This document shows positions 1-16,871 of a DNA stretch of 64,000 bases, piece by piece. Numbering within the stretch: position 1 is the stretch's first letter; each line of letters begins with the position of its first letter. A model generated the notes under the pieces. The model was given only the letters and a program-made list of their open reading frames with translations, did no database searches and had not been told where the DNA came from. The stretch spans positions 1,824,001 through 1,888,000 of the forward strand of contig CBDFLE010000006.1 of NCBI GenBank assembly GCA_965248925.1. Reading direction: 5' to 3'. The position numbers and the translations under genes were made by a program. Source of the stretch: Candidatus Multivoradales bacterium (GTDB lineage Bacteria > Acidobacteriota > Thermoanaerobaculia > Multivoradales > J023).

Positions 1-424
<424 letters not shown>

Positions 425-532
425 GACTGCGATCTCTGAAACCCACCCTTACAGGCGGCAATGATTCTCTCGATATTTAGCGGCCCGCGCCCCCACCAGG
501 GGACCGCGGCCAAAATCTCGAACTGAAGCGAT

Positions 533-1003
533 CTACCAGCGATAGTGCGCGAACGCCTTATTGGCTTCCGCCATGCGGTGAGTATCTTCACGCCGCTTCG
601 CCGCGGCGCCGCGATTCTCAGCCGCTTCCATCAACTCGTTGGCCAGCCGCTGACGCATGGTCTTTTCGCCACGCCGCAGAGCGCTCTGAATCAACCAACG
701 CATCGACAGGGCCAATCGCCGAGCCGGTCGCACTTCAATCGGCACCTGATAGGTCGAACCGCCGACCCGACGGGACTTCACCTCAACAGCGGGCTTGACG
801 TTCTCGACCGCCTTCTTGAAGACTTTCATCGGATCGTCTTCGGTGCGCTCACGGATGGACGCTAGAGCGGAATACATGATGCGCTCGGCGATCGACTTCT
901 TGCCGTCCACCATCATCACGTTGACAAACTTGGTCAACAGCTGCGACTTATAAACCGGATCCGGCAGGATCTCGCGCTTGGGAACTTCACGACGCCTGGG
1001 CAT
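533..1003 (-). CDS. rpsG: 30S ribosomal protein S7
   Basis: [18 protein letters not shown]...[12 protein letters not shown]...[13 protein letters not shown]. Confidence 0.99.
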   Translation of the reverse strand: MPRRREVPKREILPDPVYKSQLLTKFVNVMMVDGKKSIAERIMYSALASIRERTEDDPMKVFKKAVENVKPAVEVKSRRVGGSTYQVPIEVRPARRLALSMRWLIQSALRRGEKTMRQRLANELMEAAENRGAAAKRREDTHRMAEANKAFAHYRW

Positions 1004-1026
1004 TTTCTACTCGCCTCCTGCTCTAC

Positions 1027-1401
1027 TCAGGCCTTGGGCCGCTTGGTACCGTATTTGGAACGACCGCGCCGCCGCCCCTCGACACCAACAGCGTCGAGCG
1101 TACCGCGAACCACGTGATAGCGCACTCCAGGCAGATCTTTCACCCGCCCACCCCGGATCAGCACAATCGAGTGCTCCTGCAAATTATGGCCGACCCCGGG
1201 AATATAGGTCGTAACCTCGATCCCGTTGGTCAGGCGAACACGAGCTACTTTACGCAACGCCGAGTTCGGCTTCTTGGGCGTCTGAGTGTAGACCCGAACA
1301 CAGACACCACGCTTCTGCGGCGAAGCCTGCAACGCTGGGCTCTTGGTCTTCGACACCTGGCGCTTGCGCCCTTTGCGAACCAGTTGATGAATCGTCGGCA
1401 T
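1027..1401 (-). CDS. rpsL: 30S ribosomal protein S12
   Basis: [12 protein letters not shown]...[16 protein letters not shown]...[13 protein letters not shown]; start trimmed to MPT. Confidence 0.99.
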   Translation of the reverse strand: MPTIHQLVRKGRKRQVSKTKSPALQASPQKRGVCVRVYTQTPKKPNSALRKVARVRLTNGIEVTTYIPGVGHNLQEHSIVLIRGGRVKDLPGVRYHVVRGTLDAVGVEGRRRGRSKYGTKRPKA

Positions 1402-1629
1402 CCGACCAAATCTCCTAGTACCGCGCACCTACCCCGAGCAGGCTTACGGCCTTGACCTACAGTGACTCGTCTGTCTCTGAAGCACCCGCGCGAAATCGCG
1501 GGTAACACTTGCCAGTCGAGCTGTCGAAAAGCGTGGCGAAGAGGAAGGATCGTCAGAGGGCCATCATCGAGAGGCAAGCGCCCGGAAGAGCGCTCCCGAC
1601 TGAACCAACTCCTTGCCGCGGGACGGGAG

Positions 1630-1658
1630 AATTTAGCAAAGGCAAACCGAGGCGTCAA
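1630..1658 (-). promoter_or_regulatory. Putative sigma70 promoter of the rpsL operon
   Basis: Minus strand TTGACG-17 nt-TAAATT with TG extension, about 230 bp upstream of rpsL. Confidence 0.65.
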
Positions 1659-1817
1659 CCCTCAAGTGAAGGAATCTTCACTGCGGTTTGTCTGCGGCCG
1701 GTTCACCAACTCCGCTGATCTCCCCGAGGGTACTGTATCAGAGAGCCCAGGCCCAAAGCGAGCCTTATCCCGCCCGCCCAGGCTTAACGCTACTATCAGA
1801 CGGTTCTACACCCTACA

Positions 1818-1849
1818 CCAAGGGCCAGCTCCGCGGAGCCGGCCCTTGG
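1818..1849 (-). terminator. Hairpin downstream of rpoC, possible terminator
   Basis: CCAAGGGCC-AGCTCCGCGGAGCC-GGCCCTTGG inverted repeat 30 bp after the rpoC stop; no clear U-tract. Confidence 0.4.
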
Positions 1850-1879
1850 ATGCAAGGCAGAGTATAGGCGAGTAGGCGA

Positions 1880-6058
<4,179 letters not shown>

Positions 6059-6139
6059 GGGTGACCTCCTTATGGCCTGCCTCAGACCGTGTAGTGCTCG
6101 ATTGCGGGGCTGCGCTGCTCGATTCTCGCGCTCCGCGTA

Positions 6140-9100
6140 TCAGGTCTTCAGCAGTTCGACATCCAGACAAAGGCTCTGTAGTTCACGGACTAGCACATTA
6201 AACGACTCGGGCAGACCGGGCTCGTCCGGCACCTCGCCCTTGACGATCGACTCATAGACTCGGCTGCGGCCTTCGACATCGTCGCTCTTGACCGTCAGCA
6301 GCTCTTGCAAGGTGTAGGCGGCGCCGTAGGCCTGCATTGCCCAGACCTCCATCTCGCCGAACCGCTGGCCACCGAATTGGGCCTTACCACCCAACGGCTG
6401 CTGGGTGATCAGCGAGTAGGGGCCGATCGAGCGAGCGTGGATCTTGTCGTCCACCAGATGGGACAGTTTCAGCATGTAAATGTAGCCGACGGTGACCTTC
6501 TGCTCAAACTGCACTCCGGTCATGCCGTCAAAAAGGGTGGTCTTGCCCGAGGGCGGCAGGTTTGCCTCCGCCATGTACCTCTTCATGTCGGCTTCGCTGG
6601 CACCGTCGAAGACCGCCGTGGCAAATTTCAAGCCGAGAACCTGCCCAGCCCAACCGAGGTGGGTTTCGAGGATCTGGCCAACATTCATCCGACTTGGCAC
6701 GCCGAGCGGATTGAGCACGATCTCGACCGGCGTCCCGTCCGGCATGTAGGGCATGTCCTCCTCGGGCAGAACCCGCGAGATAACACCCTTGTTGCCGTGC
6801 CGACCCGCCATCTTGTCGCCCACCTGCAGCTTGCGCTTCATGGCGACGAAGACCTTGACCAACTTGATGACTCCCGGCGGCAGTTCGTCGCCCTTCTGCA
6901 TCAGTTGCACCCGCTCCTCGTTCACCCGGTGGATGACATCGATCTGCGAGTCGGTCTTGCGGTAGATCTTCTCGACCACTTCAAGGATCTGCGAATCGCG
7001 CACTGGCAGGCGCAGGACCTCTTGCCGAATTAGCCGATCGAGAACTTCGTGATTGACCGCCCCACCCTTCTCGAGCAAGGTTTCGCCATCACGCGCTTTG
7101 ACCTCAGCGGTAACTTTCTGGCCGTCCAGCAGGTCACGGATCTTCTTATTGCGCTCTTCGGTGAGAATCCGCGCCTCGTCCTTGATGTTCTTCTGCAGAC
7201 GAGCGATCTCTTCCTCGTCGATCTCCCGCGCCCGGGCGTCCTTCTCGACCCCCTTGCGGGAAAACACCTTGACATCGACCACCGTACCCTCGATGCCGGG
7301 GGGCACTTTCAGGCTAGCATCGCGCACATCGCCGGCCTTCTCGCCAAAGATCGCCCGCAGCAACTTCTCCTCCGGCGTCAGCTGGGTCTCGCCCTTGGGA
7401 GTGACCTTGCCTACTAGGATGTCGCCTGAACGAACATGGGCGCCAAGGCGCACGATGCCACTTTCGTCGAGATCCTTGAGTGCCGCTTCTGAGACATTGG
7501 GAATATCGCGGGTGACTTCTTCCGGCCCGAGCTTGGTGTCGCGAGCCTCGATCTCGAACTCTTCGATGTGAATCGAAGTGTAGTAGTCCTCTTTGACCAA
7601 CTTCTCGGACACCAGAATGGCGTCCTCGAAGTTGTAACCGCGCCAGGCCATGAATGCCACCAAGACGTTGCGTCCTAAGGCCAGCTCGCCATCCTCGGTA
7701 CACGGCCCGTCGGCCAGCACATGCCCCTTGGCGACCCGCATCCCCTCTTCGACCACCGGCTTCTGGCTGATGCAGGTGTTCTGGTTGGAACGGCGGAACT
7801 TGGTCAGGGTGTAAATGTCGGCACCGAAGTCTTCCTGCTCCCCGGTCTGCCGATTCTCGCCTTCGACCCGGACGATGATGCGCTCGGCATCTACCGAGTC
7901 AACCACTCCAGCGCGCCGCGCCGAGACCACGGCTCCTGAATCGCGAGCGACCGTTCCTTCGAGCCCAGTGCCGACGATTGGCGAATCGCTGCGCAGCAGA
8001 GGCACCGCCTGACGTTGCATGTTGGATCCCATCAAGGCGCGGTTGGCATCGTCGTGCTCGAGGAAGGGAATCAACGCCGCCGCCACCGACACCAACTGCT
8101 TGGGGTTGATATCCATGTACTCGACCCGATCCCGCTCGATGGTGATGAAGTCGCCACCGGCGCGAGCGATAACCCGCTCTTGGGAGAAGCTGCCGTCGGC
8201 TTCGACCTGAGTGTTGGCCTGGGCGATAACGTACTTCTCTTCCTCCCAAGCTGTGAGGTAGAAAGCGAAGGGATCGGCATCGACCAGCAGTTTCTTGGCT
8301 TTCTTGAGCCCTGCGTTCACCTTGGCAAACTCGTCGCCGGTGGTGATCTCGCCGAGCTTATAGGGACCTTCGCCGACTTTGGTGACCCGGAAGTGGTCGA
8401 GCACCCGTCCCTTCTCCACTTTCCTATAAGGGCTCTCGATGAAGCCGTAGTCATTGATCCTAGCGTAGGTCGCCAGCGACGAAATCAAGCCGATGTTCGG
8501 CCCTTCAGGGGTCTCGATCGGGCAGATTCGGCCGTAGTGGGAAGCGTGGACGTCGCGAACTTCGAAACCAGCCCGCTCCCGTGACAGACCGCCTGGGCCG
8601 AGGGCCGACAGGCGTCGCTTGTGAGTGACCTCGGACAGCGGATTGGTCTGGTCCATGAATTGCGACAACTGCGACGAACCAAAGAACTCCTTGATCGCGG
8701 CAATCACCGGCTTGGAGTTGATCAGGTCATGGGGCATCGCCGAGTCGATGTCTTGATGCACCGACATCTTCTCTTTGATCGCCCGCTCCATGCGCACCAA
8801 GCCAATGCGGAACTGGTTCTCCAACAGCTCGCCTACCGCCCGCACCCGGCGATTGCCGAGATTGTCGATGTCGTCGACCCGGCCGATGTCCTTGTGCAGA
8901 CGCATCAGATAGCCGATGACCCGATAGAAGTCATCCGCCGACAGGGTCTTTTGCTCCACCGGCACTTCGGTGTCGAGTTTGATATTGAACTTGAACCGGC
9001 CAACGCGGGAGAAGTCATAGCGCTTGGCATCGAAGAACATGCCGTAGAACAATGATCGCGCGCTCTCCAGCGTCGGAGGATCTCCAGGCCGCATGCGGCG

Positions 9101-10405
9101 GTAGATCTCCATCAACGCCTCTTTAGCGGTGCGCGTCTGATCCTTCGACAGGGTGTTAGACAGCAAATTGCCACACAGTTCCCAATCAGGGAAAAACACC
9201 TCAAGTTCGTTGGTGTTGCGATCCTTGACCCGCTCTTCCAGATCCTCAGGCACCAGATCGTTGGCCTCTAAGAGCACTTCGCCGGTCTCCAGATCCACGA
9301 TGTCGGCTACGAACATGGCGCGATCGAGTTCGGCGATTGTCACCTTGCGATCAACGGTCTTTTCGGCATCGAGCTTCTTGACCTCTTTGTCGGTCAGCGC
9401 AATGTTGGCAAAGAGCTGGTACTTGGCCCGCATGCCGTGGGTCTGGCGATCGCGCAAGCGTTCCTGCTCAAGCACCGTGGGCGGCAAGCTGAGGACGAAT
9501 TTTCCGTTGCCGGCCGACTTGAGCCCGATCGGCACGTAAAACTGGCGCAGGATGGACTCGTTGGTCTCCAATCCGAGAGCGCGAAGGAAAATCGTACCGT
9601 GAAATTTGCGCTTGCGATCGATGCGGACCGACAGCACCTCTTTCTGATCGTATTCGAACTCCACCCACGAACCACGGTAGGGGATGATCTTGGAGAGATA
9701 GGTACGCTTGCCGGATTTGGTGAAAAACACGCCAGGGCTACGATGCAACTGGCTGACGATCACCCTTTCGGTCCCGTTGATGACGAAAGTGCCGTAGTCG
9801 GTCATCAGCGGAATCTCGCCGAAGTAGACTTCTTCTTCTTTGGCGTCGCGCATCATCCGGGTGCCGGTCTCCGGATCTTTATCGTAGACAAAGAGCCGGA
9901 AAGTGACCTTGAGCGGCACCGCGAAGGTCATGCCGCGCTCTTGGCACTCGGTGATCGAATACTTGAGCTGCAGCTCGACCGGACCGCCACAGATATCGCA
10001 GCGAACCACCCGATTCTTGTTGACGAAGCCGCACTCGCCGCAGGTCACCGTCTCTTCGTGCGGGTGCTCGGTCATCACCTTGCAGCCACAATTGCTGCAG
10101 GTCATGCGCAGATATTCAAGCCCCTTGAGAGCGCTGCACTTGCACTGCCAATCGCCGATCGCGTACTTGACGAAATCGAGCGAACAGGTCTCGCGGAAGT
10201 CCGAGAACGGAAAAATACTAGTAAAGACAGCCTGCAAGCCGTGGCTGGCGCGCTCTTCCGGCAGCAAGTTCATCTGCAGGAAACGCTCGTAAGATCGACG
10301 CTGTACATCGATCAGGTTTGGAATCGCCAGCGTCGTCTCGATCTCCGAGAAGTCAACGCGCGTTCCGGCAAGCGCCTGCCTGGGGGTCTGGGAACCGTTC
10401 TTCAT
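6140..10405 (-). CDS. rpoB: DNA-directed RNA polymerase beta subunit (with Cys-rich N-terminal insert)
   Basis: [51 protein letters not shown]; start MKNG at 10405 preferred (10417 possible). Confidence 0.99.
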   Translation of the reverse strand: MKNGSQTPRQALAGTRVDFSEIETTLAIPNLIDVQRRSYERFLQMNLLPEERASHGLQAVFTSIFPFSDFRETCSLDFVKYAIGDWQCKCSALKGLEYLRMTCSNCGCKVMTEHPHEETVTCGECGFVNKNRVVRCDICGGPVELQLKYSITECQERGMTFAVPLKVTFRLFVYDKDPETGTRMMRDAKEEEVYFGEIPLMTDYGTFVINGTERVIVSQLHRSPGVFFTKSGKRTYLSKIIPYRGSWVEFEYDQKEVLSVRIDRKRKFHGTIFLRALGLETNESILRQFYVPIGLKSAGNGKFVLSLPPTVLEQERLRDRQTHGMRAKYQLFANIALTDKEVKKLDAEKTVDRKVTIAELDRAMFVADIVDLETGEVLLEANDLVPEDLEERVKDRNTNELEVFFPDWELCGNLLSNTLSKDQTRTAKEALMEIYRRMRPGDPPTLESARSLFYGMFFDAKRYDFSRVGRFKFNIKLDTEVPVEQKTLSADDFYRVIGYLMRLHKDIGRVDDIDNLGNRRVRAVGELLENQFRIGLVRMERAIKEKMSVHQDIDSAMPHDLINSKPVIAAIKEFFGSSQLSQFMDQTNPLSEVTHKRRLSALGPGGLSRERAGFEVRDVHASHYGRICPIETPEGPNIGLISSLATYARINDYGFIESPYRKVEKGRVLDHFRVTKVGEGPYKLGEITTGDEFAKVNAGLKKAKKLLVDADPFAFYLTAWEEEKYVIAQANTQVEADGSFSQERVIARAGGDFITIERDRVEYMDINPKQLVSVAAALIPFLEHDDANRALMGSNMQRQAVPLLRSDSPIVGTGLEGTVARDSGAVVSARRAGVVDSVDAERIIVRVEGENRQTGEQEDFGADIYTLTKFRRSNQNTCISQKPVVEEGMRVAKGHVLADGPCTEDGELALGRNVLVAFMAWRGYNFEDAILVSEKLVKEDYYTSIHIEEFEIEARDTKLGPEEVTRDIPNVSEAALKDLDESGIVRLGAHVRSGDILVGKVTPKGETQLTPEEKLLRAIFGEKAGDVRDASLKVPPGIEGTVVDVKVFSRKGVEKDARAREIDEEEIARLQKNIKDEARILTEERNKKIRDLLDGQKVTAEVKARDGETLLEKGGAVNHEVLDRLIRQEVLRLPVRDSQILEVVEKIYRKTDSQIDVIHRVNEERVQLMQKGDELPPGVIKLVKVFVAMKRKLQVGDKMAGRHGNKGVISRVLPEEDMPYMPDGTPVEIVLNPLGVPSRMNVGQILETHLGWAGQVLGLKFATAVFDGASEADMKRYMAEANLPPSGKTTLFDGMTGVQFEQKVTVGYIYMLKLSHLVDDKIHARSIGPYSLITQQPLGGKAQFGGQRFGEMEVWAMQAYGAAYTLQELLTVKSDDVEGRSRVYESIVKGEVPDEPGLPESFNVLVRELQSLCLDVELLKT

Positions 10406-10673
10406 GAGAATCACCACGCTCCTTGCGGATCGAGCCTGTCCGGGCGACGTGCTAAAGCAGTAGCGAGGGGGGTCTCGCTCCGAGACAGGCTGGAAAAAAT
10501 CTCAAAAACAGAAGACACCACACCCCACTTCACTGGATTTCGCCAGCGAAGATCGGGGGTGGTTTCGACGCGACCGGCGCAATCAAACCACTCCCCCACC
10601 GGGAGCGACCTCACGCCAACCGCCATCGCGGTGGTACCCGATCGCCGACCGGGCACCTGTCGAGCCTCAGGCA

Positions 10674-11048
10674 CTATTTGAGATCGACCTGGGCGCCAGC
10701 ATCCTCGAGCTTCTTCTTGAGCCCCTCGGCCTCGTCCTTGGAAACCGCTTCCTTGACCGGAGTCGGGGCGGACTCGACGAGATCCTTGGCCTCTTTTAGA
10801 CCTAGGCTGGTGATCTCGCGGACGACCTTGATAACGTTGATCTTCTTGTCGCCGTACGAGGTCAGGACAACGTCGAACTCGTCTTTGACTTCTTCCGCGG
10901 CATCACCGCCACCAGCAGCTGGCGCCGCCGCTACGGCCGCAGCCGCCGAGACCCCATAGTGGTCTTCGAGAGCCTTGACGAGATTGTTCAGCTCGAGCAC
11001 CGTCAAGCCGTCTATCTGCTGGATGAATTCTTCGGTCGCAATCGCCAT
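10674..11048 (-). CDS. rplL: 50S ribosomal protein L7/L12
   Basis: [20 protein letters not shown]...[24 protein letters not shown]; RBS GAGGAG upstream of ATG 11048. Confidence 0.98.
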   Translation of the reverse strand: MAIATEEFIQQIDGLTVLELNNLVKALEDHYGVSAAAAVAAAPAAGGGDAAEEVKDEFDVVLTSYGDKKINVIKVVREITSLGLKEAKDLVESAPTPVKEAVSKDEAEGLKKKLEDAGAQVDLK

Positions 11049-11187
11049 TTCTGTCTCCTCAGGTCCCCGCGCCCGGGGCCCATTCATTCTGCCTGGTTGC
11101 GTTTTCTTTGCGAGTTCCCAGGCAGCAAATGCCGGGTTCCCGTTAATCTCGTCTGTCGATCTCTTCTCAGTGGAGCGACAAGCCCAC

Positions 11188-11712
11188 TCAACCTTCCTTC
11201 TGCTGCGCGATCTGGTCGAGCACGACCACGAAATCACGACTGATGGCCGACAGGCCACGAACGAAGCGTGTCACCGGCGACTGCAACAAGAACAGCAGCT
11301 TGGCGATCAGCTCCTCGCGACTCGGCATCTTGGCAATTTCCTGAATCGTTTCGGCGGCCACCACCTGACTGTCCAGTAGGCCACCTTTGAATTCGATCGC
11401 CGGCACGGTCTTAGCAAAGTCGGTGAGCGCCTTCGCCAACCCGACCGGATCCTCATCGGTGTAGGCGACGGCGGTCGGCCCCTGGAAGTGCTCACCGAGC
11501 TCCGCCAGAGGCTTACCTTCGGCGGCCCGGACCGCCAAGGTATTCTTGACCACCTCGTAGCTGCCACCGCGCGCACGAATATGAGACCGCAACTCAGTAG
11601 CCTGAGTAACGGTGACACCCTTGAAGTCAAGCAAGAAAGCGTGCGGGGCCAAGGCGAAGCCAGCCTCGTACCGCTCGATCATCGTTTGTTTCTGCGTCCT
11701 GCTCAGAGCCAT
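11188..11712 (-). CDS. rplJ: 50S ribosomal protein L10
   Basis: VVKNTL...GPTAVAY...[12 protein letters not shown]; between rplA and rplL. Confidence 0.97.
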   Translation of the reverse strand: MALSRTQKQTMIERYEAGFALAPHAFLLDFKGVTVTQATELRSHIRARGGSYEVVKNTLAVRAAEGKPLAELGEHFQGPTAVAYTDEDPVGLAKALTDFAKTVPAIEFKGGLLDSQVVAAETIQEIAKMPSREELIAKLLFLLQSPVTRFVRGLSAISRDFVVVLDQIAQQKEG

Positions 11713-11722
11713 GGTTGTTCTC

Positions 11723-12427
11723 CTAAGCCTCGGCCGCCACTAGCTGGCTATCTTCTAGCCTGAGCCCCGGCCCCATGGTTGAAGTCAGGCTGGCAGACAA
11801 GACGTAGCGCCCCTTGGCTGCTGCCGGCTTGGCACGGACCACCGAGGTGATCAACGCCTCTGCGTTTTGACCTAATTGCTCGACCTGGAACGAGAGCTTG
11901 CCCAGCGGCGCTTGGATGATCCCCGCCTTGTCGACACGGTACTCGACCTTGCCGGCATTGATGTCGGTGATCGCCTTGGCAACGTCGAAAGTCACGGTGC
12001 CAGATTTGGGATTGGGCATCAGGCCACGAGGACCCAACACGCGACCCAGCCGGCCCGCCACTCTCATCATGTCTGGAGTCGAGATCACGGCATCGAAATC
12101 AAGCCAGCCGTCCTGGATCTTCTTCGCCAGATCTTCGCCGCCAACATGGTCCGCGCCAGCGTCTTCAGCCTCTTTGACCTTCTCGCCGCTAGCGAAAACC
12201 AGAATCCGCACGCTGCGGCCGGTGCCATTGGGCAGCACCACCGAGCCTCGGACCATCTGGTCGGCATGCTTCGGATCAACCCCGAGTCGCATGCTGATCT
12301 CCAGCGTCTCGTCGAAGCCAGCATAAGAATGCTGCTTCAGAAACTCGATCGCCTCGCCCAGCCGGTAGACCTTGTCGGCCTCCATCTTGCTGAGGACACT
12401 GTTGTATTTCTTGCCTCTTTTCGCCAC
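11723..12427 (-). CDS. rplA: 50S ribosomal protein L1
   Basis: GTG start VAKRGKKY...[14 protein letters not shown]...[16 protein letters not shown]...STMGPG. Confidence 0.98.
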   Translation of the reverse strand: MAKRGKKYNSVLSKMEADKVYRLGEAIEFLKQHSYAGFDETLEISMRLGVDPKHADQMVRGSVVLPNGTGRSVRILVFASGEKVKEAEDAGADHVGGEDLAKKIQDGWLDFDAVISTPDMMRVAGRLGRVLGPRGLMPNPKSGTVTFDVAKAITDINAGKVEYRVDKAGIIQAPLGKLSFQVEQLGQNAEALITSVVRAKPAAAKGRYVLSASLTSTMGPGLRLEDSQLVAAEA

Positions 12428-12443
12428 CTTATGATCTCCCGAC

Positions 12444-12869
12444 TCAGGCTTCGACTTCGATGCCCATCGACCTGGCGGTGCCGGAGATGATCCGCACCGC
12501 GGCGTCGAGCGACGCCGCATTGAGGTCGACCATCTTAGTCTTGGCGATTTCCTCGACCTGCGCCACCGTCACCGTGCCCACCTTTTCGCGATTCGGCTCG
12601 CCACTGCCCTTGGCAATAGCGGCCGCCTTCTTGAGCAGTACCGCCGCCGGCGGTGTCTTGGTGATGAACGAATAGGACCGGTCGGCGTAGACCGTGATGA
12701 CGACCGGAATGATCGTCCCTTGATCTTGTTGTGTACGGGCATTGAACGCTTTGCAGAAGTCCATGATGTTGACCCCCGCCTGGCCCAACGCCGGACCCAC
12801 CGGCGGAGCCGGCGTGGCCTGACCACCCGGAATTTGCAGCTTGATCTGCCCGATGACTTTCTTGGCCAT
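12444..12869 (-). CDS. rplK: 50S ribosomal protein L11
   Basis: [26 protein letters not shown]...GTARSMGI. Confidence 0.99.
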   Translation of the reverse strand: MAKKVIGQIKLQIPGGQATPAPPVGPALGQAGVNIMDFCKAFNARTQQDQGTIIPVVITVYADRSYSFITKTPPAAVLLKKAAAIAKGSGEPNREKVGTVTVAQVEEIAKTKMVDLNAASLDAAVRIISGTARSMGIEVEA

Positions 12870-12900
12870 TGGCTAACCTCTCAAGCTCAGAGCCCGCGGC

Positions 12901-13434
12901 TCAGAGCTTCTCCACCTGAAGGAATTCGAGTTCCACCGGCGTCTGACGACCAAAGATGGTCACCATTACCTTCAAGGTACTGCGATCGAGATTGACGTCC
13001 TCGACGATACCGGTGAAGTTGTTGAACGGACCATCGACAATCTTAACCGTCTCACCCTTGTCGAAAATGTACTTCGGCTTCGGCTTTTCCTGCGCCGACA
13101 TCACTTGCTCGAGAATCTGATCGACCTCTTGCTGGGTCAGCGGCGTCGGCTTCTTGCCGGTGCCTACAAAGCCCGTGACTTTAGGCGTGTTCTTCACCAC
13201 ATGCCACGCCGCGTCGGACATCTCCATCTCGACCAAGATGTAGCCGGGGAAGAATTTGCGCTGGGTCTCGCGCTTCTTGCCTCCCTTGAGCTCGATAATG
13301 GTCTCGGTAGGAATCCGCACCTCACCGAATTGCTCACCCATATCGTGCGCTTCGGCTCGCTGCTTGAGCGTTTCAGCCACCCGCTCTTCGAAGCCGGAGT
13401 AGGTGTGCACGATGAACCACTGCAAATTGGCCAT
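12901..13434 (-). CDS. nusG: Transcription termination/antitermination factor NusG
   Basis: [11 protein letters not shown]...[10 protein letters not shown]...GPFNNFTG...[12 protein letters not shown]. Confidence 0.99.
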   Translation of the reverse strand: MANLQWFIVHTYSGFEERVAETLKQRAEAHDMGEQFGEVRIPTETIIELKGGKKRETQRKFFPGYILVEMEMSDAAWHVVKNTPKVTGFVGTGKKPTPLTQQEVDQILEQVMSAQEKPKPKYIFDKGETVKIVDGPFNNFTGIVEDVNLDRSTLKVMVTIFGRQTPVELEFLQVEKL

Positions 13435-13640
13435 CAGATCCCCAAAACAGTGAAGATGAGCTGGTATGCACGGACGAAGATCCAGTCAGCCGCGAACAGG
13501 TAGATACTGAAGACGGCGCTGGTCACCACCACCACTATCGTGGTCGAAATCACTTCCGGCCGCCCCGGCTTGGTGACCTTCTTCCACTCGGACTTGACCT
13601 CGGGAAGGAACTCTCTGAAAAAGTAGCGCAGTTTGTTCAT
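13434..13640 (-). CDS. secE: Preprotein translocase subunit SecE
   Basis: EVKSEWKKVTKP motif plus one TM segment, directly upstream of nusG. Confidence 0.92.
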   Translation of the reverse strand: MNKLRYFFREFLPEVKSEWKKVTKPGRPEVISTTIVVVVTSAVFSIYLFAADWIFVRAYQLIFTVLGI

Positions 13641-13668
13641 CGCTCGTCTCAGCTTCCTAGATGTCACC

Positions 13669-13744
13669 TGGCAGGCCAGGAGGGTCTCGAACCCCCAACC
13701 CCCGGTTTTGGAGACCGGTGCTCTACCAATTGAGCTACTGGCCT
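13669..13744 (-). tRNA. tRNA-Trp (CCA)
   Basis: AGGCCAGTAGCTCAATTGGTAGAGCACCGGTCT-CCA-AAACCGG...GGTTCGAGACC...GCCA cloverleaf with encoded CCA end. Confidence 0.96.
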
Positions 13745-13799
13745 AGAAACTCTGCGGCGCAACACCGGCAACACCGGCGCAACGCCAATCACTTCACAC

Positions 13800-14984
13800 C
13801 TACTCGATGATCTCGGAAACGGTGCCGGCGCCAACCGTGCGGCCACCTTCGCGGATAGCAAAGCGCACGCCCTTTTCCATGGCGATCGGCGCGATCAACT
13901 GGACCGACAGCGCCACGTTGTCGCCCGGCATCACCATCTCCACCCCTGCGGGCAGCTCTGAGGCACCGGTGACGTCGGTGGTGCGGAAGTAGAACTGCGG
14001 CCGATAGCCGTTGAAGAACGGAGTATGACGCCCCCCTTCTTCTTTGTTCAGCACGTAGACTTCGCCGTTGAACTTGGTATGCGGGTTGATCGAGCCGGGC
14101 TGGGCCAACACCTGACCGCGCTCGACCTCGTTCTTCTTGGTGCCGCGCAGCAAGATGCCTACGTTGTCCCCCGCCTCACCCTGATCGAGCAACTTGCGGA
14201 ACATCTCGACCCCGGTGACCACCGTCGTGGCGGTGTCGCGGATGCCGATGATCTCGATCGACTCGCCGACCTTGACCACTCCACGCTCGATCCGCCCGGT
14301 CACTACCGTGCCACGGCCCTGGATGGTGAAGATGTCCTCGATCGGCATCAAGAAAGGCTTGTCGATCTCGCGCTCCGGCTGCGGAATGTATTCATCGCAG
14401 GCGGCCATCAACTCCATGATCTTCTCGCTCCAGGCCTCGTCGCCCTCAAGGGCCTTGAGTGCCGAGCCCTGGATGATCGGGATGTCGTCGCCGGGAAAGT
14501 CGTAGGAACTCAGCAGCTCCCGCAGCTCCATTTCGACCAGCTCCAGCAGCTCTTCGTCGTCCACCACGTCGCATTTGTTCATGAACACGACCATCGAAGG
14601 CACGCCTACTTGACGCGCCAACAGGATGTGCTCGCGAGTCTGCGGCATCGGGCCATCAGCGGCCGAGACCACCAGGATAGCGCCGTCCATCTGCGCCGCG
14701 CCGGTGATCATGTTCTTCACGTAGTCGGCGTGACCTGGGCAGTCGACGTGAGCGTAGTGCCGATTCTCGGTCTCGTACTCCACATGCGCGGTAGCGATGG
14801 TGATGCCACGCTCGCGCTCTTCAGGAGCCTTGTCGATATTGTCGAAAGCGGTGAACTCCGCCAGACCCTTGTCAGCCAGAACTTTGGTGATCGCCGCCGT
14901 CAACGTCGTCTTGCCATGATCGACGTGGCCGATCGTGCCGATGTTGACATGCGGTTTCGTCCGCTCGAACTTCTCCTTAGCCAT
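13800..14984 (-). CDS. tuf: Elongation factor Tu
   Basis: [34 protein letters not shown]. Confidence 0.99.
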   Translation of the reverse strand: MAKEKFERTKPHVNIGTIGHVDHGKTTLTAAITKVLADKGLAEFTAFDNIDKAPEERERGITIATAHVEYETENRHYAHVDCPGHADYVKNMITGAAQMDGAILVVSAADGPMPQTREHILLARQVGVPSMVVFMNKCDVVDDEELLELVEMELRELLSSYDFPGDDIPIIQGSALKALEGDEAWSEKIMELMAACDEYIPQPEREIDKPFLMPIEDIFTIQGRGTVVTGRIERGVVKVGESIEIIGIRDTATTVVTGVEMFRKLLDQGEAGDNVGILLRGTKKNEVERGQVLAQPGSINPHTKFNGEVYVLNKEEGGRHTPFFNGYRPQFYFRTTDVTGASELPAGVEMVMPGDNVALSVQLIAPIAMEKGVRFAIREGGRTVGAGTVSEIIE

Positions 14985-15275
14985 GGTGCTTCAAACTCCT
15001 CAAAACTGAGTTGTTGGCAGCTGCCCCCGACCGAGTGCGCTGCCAATCGTCTTTAAAACTCTGACCGCAGGGCTCTCAACACGAAACCCCCTCCGGAGCC
15101 AATCTTGAGGCGCTGACGAATCCTGGCCGGACCCGCTTCTCAGCGAGTCGCTTTCCGACTTTCGCGACCAGCTCCGAGAATCAGGAACTTGACGCCAAGC
15201 TGGCTCTAGAATGCTATCTACCGATCGAATCTCTGGCTAAACCTTCGACCCTTAACGATTTAGCGACCAATCCAA

Positions 15276-15350
15276 TGGAGCCCACGACCGGATTTGAACC
15301 GGTGACCCCTTCCTTACCAAGGAAGTGCTCTACCCCTGAGCCACGTGGGC
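15276..15350 (-). tRNA. tRNA-Thr (GGT)
   Basis: GCCCACGTGGCTCAGGGGTAGAGCACTTCCTT-GGT-AAGGAAG...GGTTCAAATCC...CTCCA. Confidence 0.95.
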
Positions 15351-15606
15351 CGAAGTTTGTGCGCCGTCGTCACCAAGGGTATGCGACTGGCTAGCGAGCC
15401 ACCCAAGCGCTCCGTATCCTCCTGGACCTCGAAAACTCTGGATTCGGTATTTCGTCGGTTCCCGACTTCGGCACCGCGATCAAGCTGACTTGATCGACGG
15501 CCCGCCCGAGGTAGCGCCGAAGACAAGTCCGCGCACCCTACCAGCCGCCCTGTTCCCTGTCCAGAGATTTATCTACGAGGCCAGCTCCGCTGGCGGCGAG
15601 CCAAGT

Positions 15607-15681
15607 TGGAGCGGGAGACGGGATTCGAACCCGCGACCAACAGCTTGGAAGGCTGTGACTCTACCCCTGAGTTACTCCCGC
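15607..15681 (-). tRNA. tRNA-Gly (TCC)
   Basis: GCGGGAGTAACTCAGGGGTAGAGTCACAGCCT-TCC-AAGCTG...GGTTCGAATCCC...CTCCA. Confidence 0.96.
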
Positions 15682-15718
15682 CGGAACGAGCCCGATTCAC
15701 CGGACCCGCAGCTCCAGT

Positions 15719-15804
15719 TGGTGGAGGCGGGTGGATTCGAACCACCGTAGGTTTACACCGGCAGATTTACAGTCTGCTGCCTTTGACCGCTCGGCCACAC
15801 CTCC
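15719..15804 (-). tRNA. tRNA-Tyr (GTA)
   Basis: GGAGGTGTGGCCGAGCGGTCAAAGGCAGCAGACT-GTA-AATCTGC, long variable arm, GGTTCGAATCC...ACCA. Confidence 0.96.
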
Positions 15805-15892
15805 CCGAAATCTCTTCGGTATGCCCGTCTGAAGCGACGGAGTCTCCCCCGATTTCCTCAGACGATGCTTCAAAGATCCAAACTCGCTCGAG

Positions 15893-15968
<76 letters not shown>

Positions 15969-16046
15969 GGCTGCGCCCTCTGAGCCGCACGCGGGTTCCT
16001 GGAAGAGCCAAGAATCTTGAATCCGCAAGCCGTCAGCGAGCGGGCG

Positions 16047-16075
16047 AGTCTATACACTCACCTAGTGGGTTGCAA
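16047..16075 (-). promoter_or_regulatory. Putative sigma70 promoter of the tRNA-tuf operon
   Basis: Minus strand TTGCAA-17 nt-TAGACT followed by a GC-rich discriminator. Confidence 0.6.
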
Positions 16076-16083
16076 GAGTCCTT

Positions 16084-16827
16084 CTAGCTCTTTTTCGCTG
16101 CTTTTCCGAGACGCTGCCGCAGGGCCTCGTAGAGCACCGCCGACAGCGCCGTCGAAACGTTGAGCGACTCGACTTTGCCGCGCATCGGTAAACCTACTAA
16201 CGCGTCGCAAGACCGCCTGGTTTGCTCGCGCAAGCCGTTCTGCTCGCCGCCGAAGCACAGCACCAGATTGCCGGTCAAATCGATTTCCCAAGGCGGCATG
16301 CCGGCCGCATCTGCACCATAGACCCAGAACCCCTTGGCCTGTAGTTCGCGGATAGTGCGCGAACTATTGGTGATCCTCTCCACCGACAGCCACTCGCTAG
16401 CACCGGCAGAGACCTTCGCGACGGTAGCTCCCAGCGGGGCAGAACCCCGGTCGCGGACCATTAGTTGGCCAACACCCGCGCCTTCGCAAACCCGGATCAT
16501 CGCTCCTAGATTGTGTGGATCCTGGATGTCTTCCACCAACACCTGGAGCCCCGGATCGGCGCCACGGTGAGTCTCACCGACCGCCAGCCTAACCTCAGCC
16601 ACAAAGCCATTGTGGTGCTCGCTGCCGGCCAGCGTCTTCAACTCATGCTCGGAGACGGTTTCGACTCCGACCTGCCGTCGCATGCCGAGCTGCTCGATCT
16701 CAAGACGCCGTTTGTCAGCCCGCCGCGACGCCGACACCAGCACTCTCAGCACCCGCTGCGGGCGGTGGCGCAGCAACTCGCGTACCGGGTGGTAGCCGTA
16801 GACCAGCTCGCTGCGGGGGGATTTCAT
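16084..16827 (-). CDS. rlmB: 23S rRNA (Gm2251) methyltransferase, TrmH/SpoU family
   Basis: VYGYHPVRE, IQDPHNLGAMIR, GGEQNGLR, PMRGKVESLNVS SPOUT motifs. Confidence 0.9.
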   Translation of the reverse strand: MKSPRSELVYGYHPVRELLRHRPQRVLRVLVSASRRADKRRLEIEQLGMRRQVGVETVSEHELKTLAGSEHHNGFVAEVRLAVGETHRGADPGLQVLVEDIQDPHNLGAMIRVCEGAGVGQLMVRDRGSAPLGATVAKVSAGASEWLSVERITNSSRTIRELQAKGFWVYGADAAGMPPWEIDLTGNLVLCFGGEQNGLREQTRRSCDALVGLPMRGKVESLNVSTALSAVLYEALRQRLGKAAKKS

Positions 16828-16871
16828 CTCGGGCTAGCTGGCGCGAAGCTGGAAAGGGGAGAAAACCACCG

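Noticed and set aside
1402-1879. ORFs or an ncRNA in the rpoC-rpsL spacer
   Set aside because: ORFs are low-complexity; the spacer is explained by a hairpin, a promoter and a 5' leader; no RNA family recognised
14025-15056. 343-aa ORF antisense to tuf, and ORFs overlapping the tRNAs
   Set aside because: Shadow ORFs; the region is fully explained by tuf and tRNA genes
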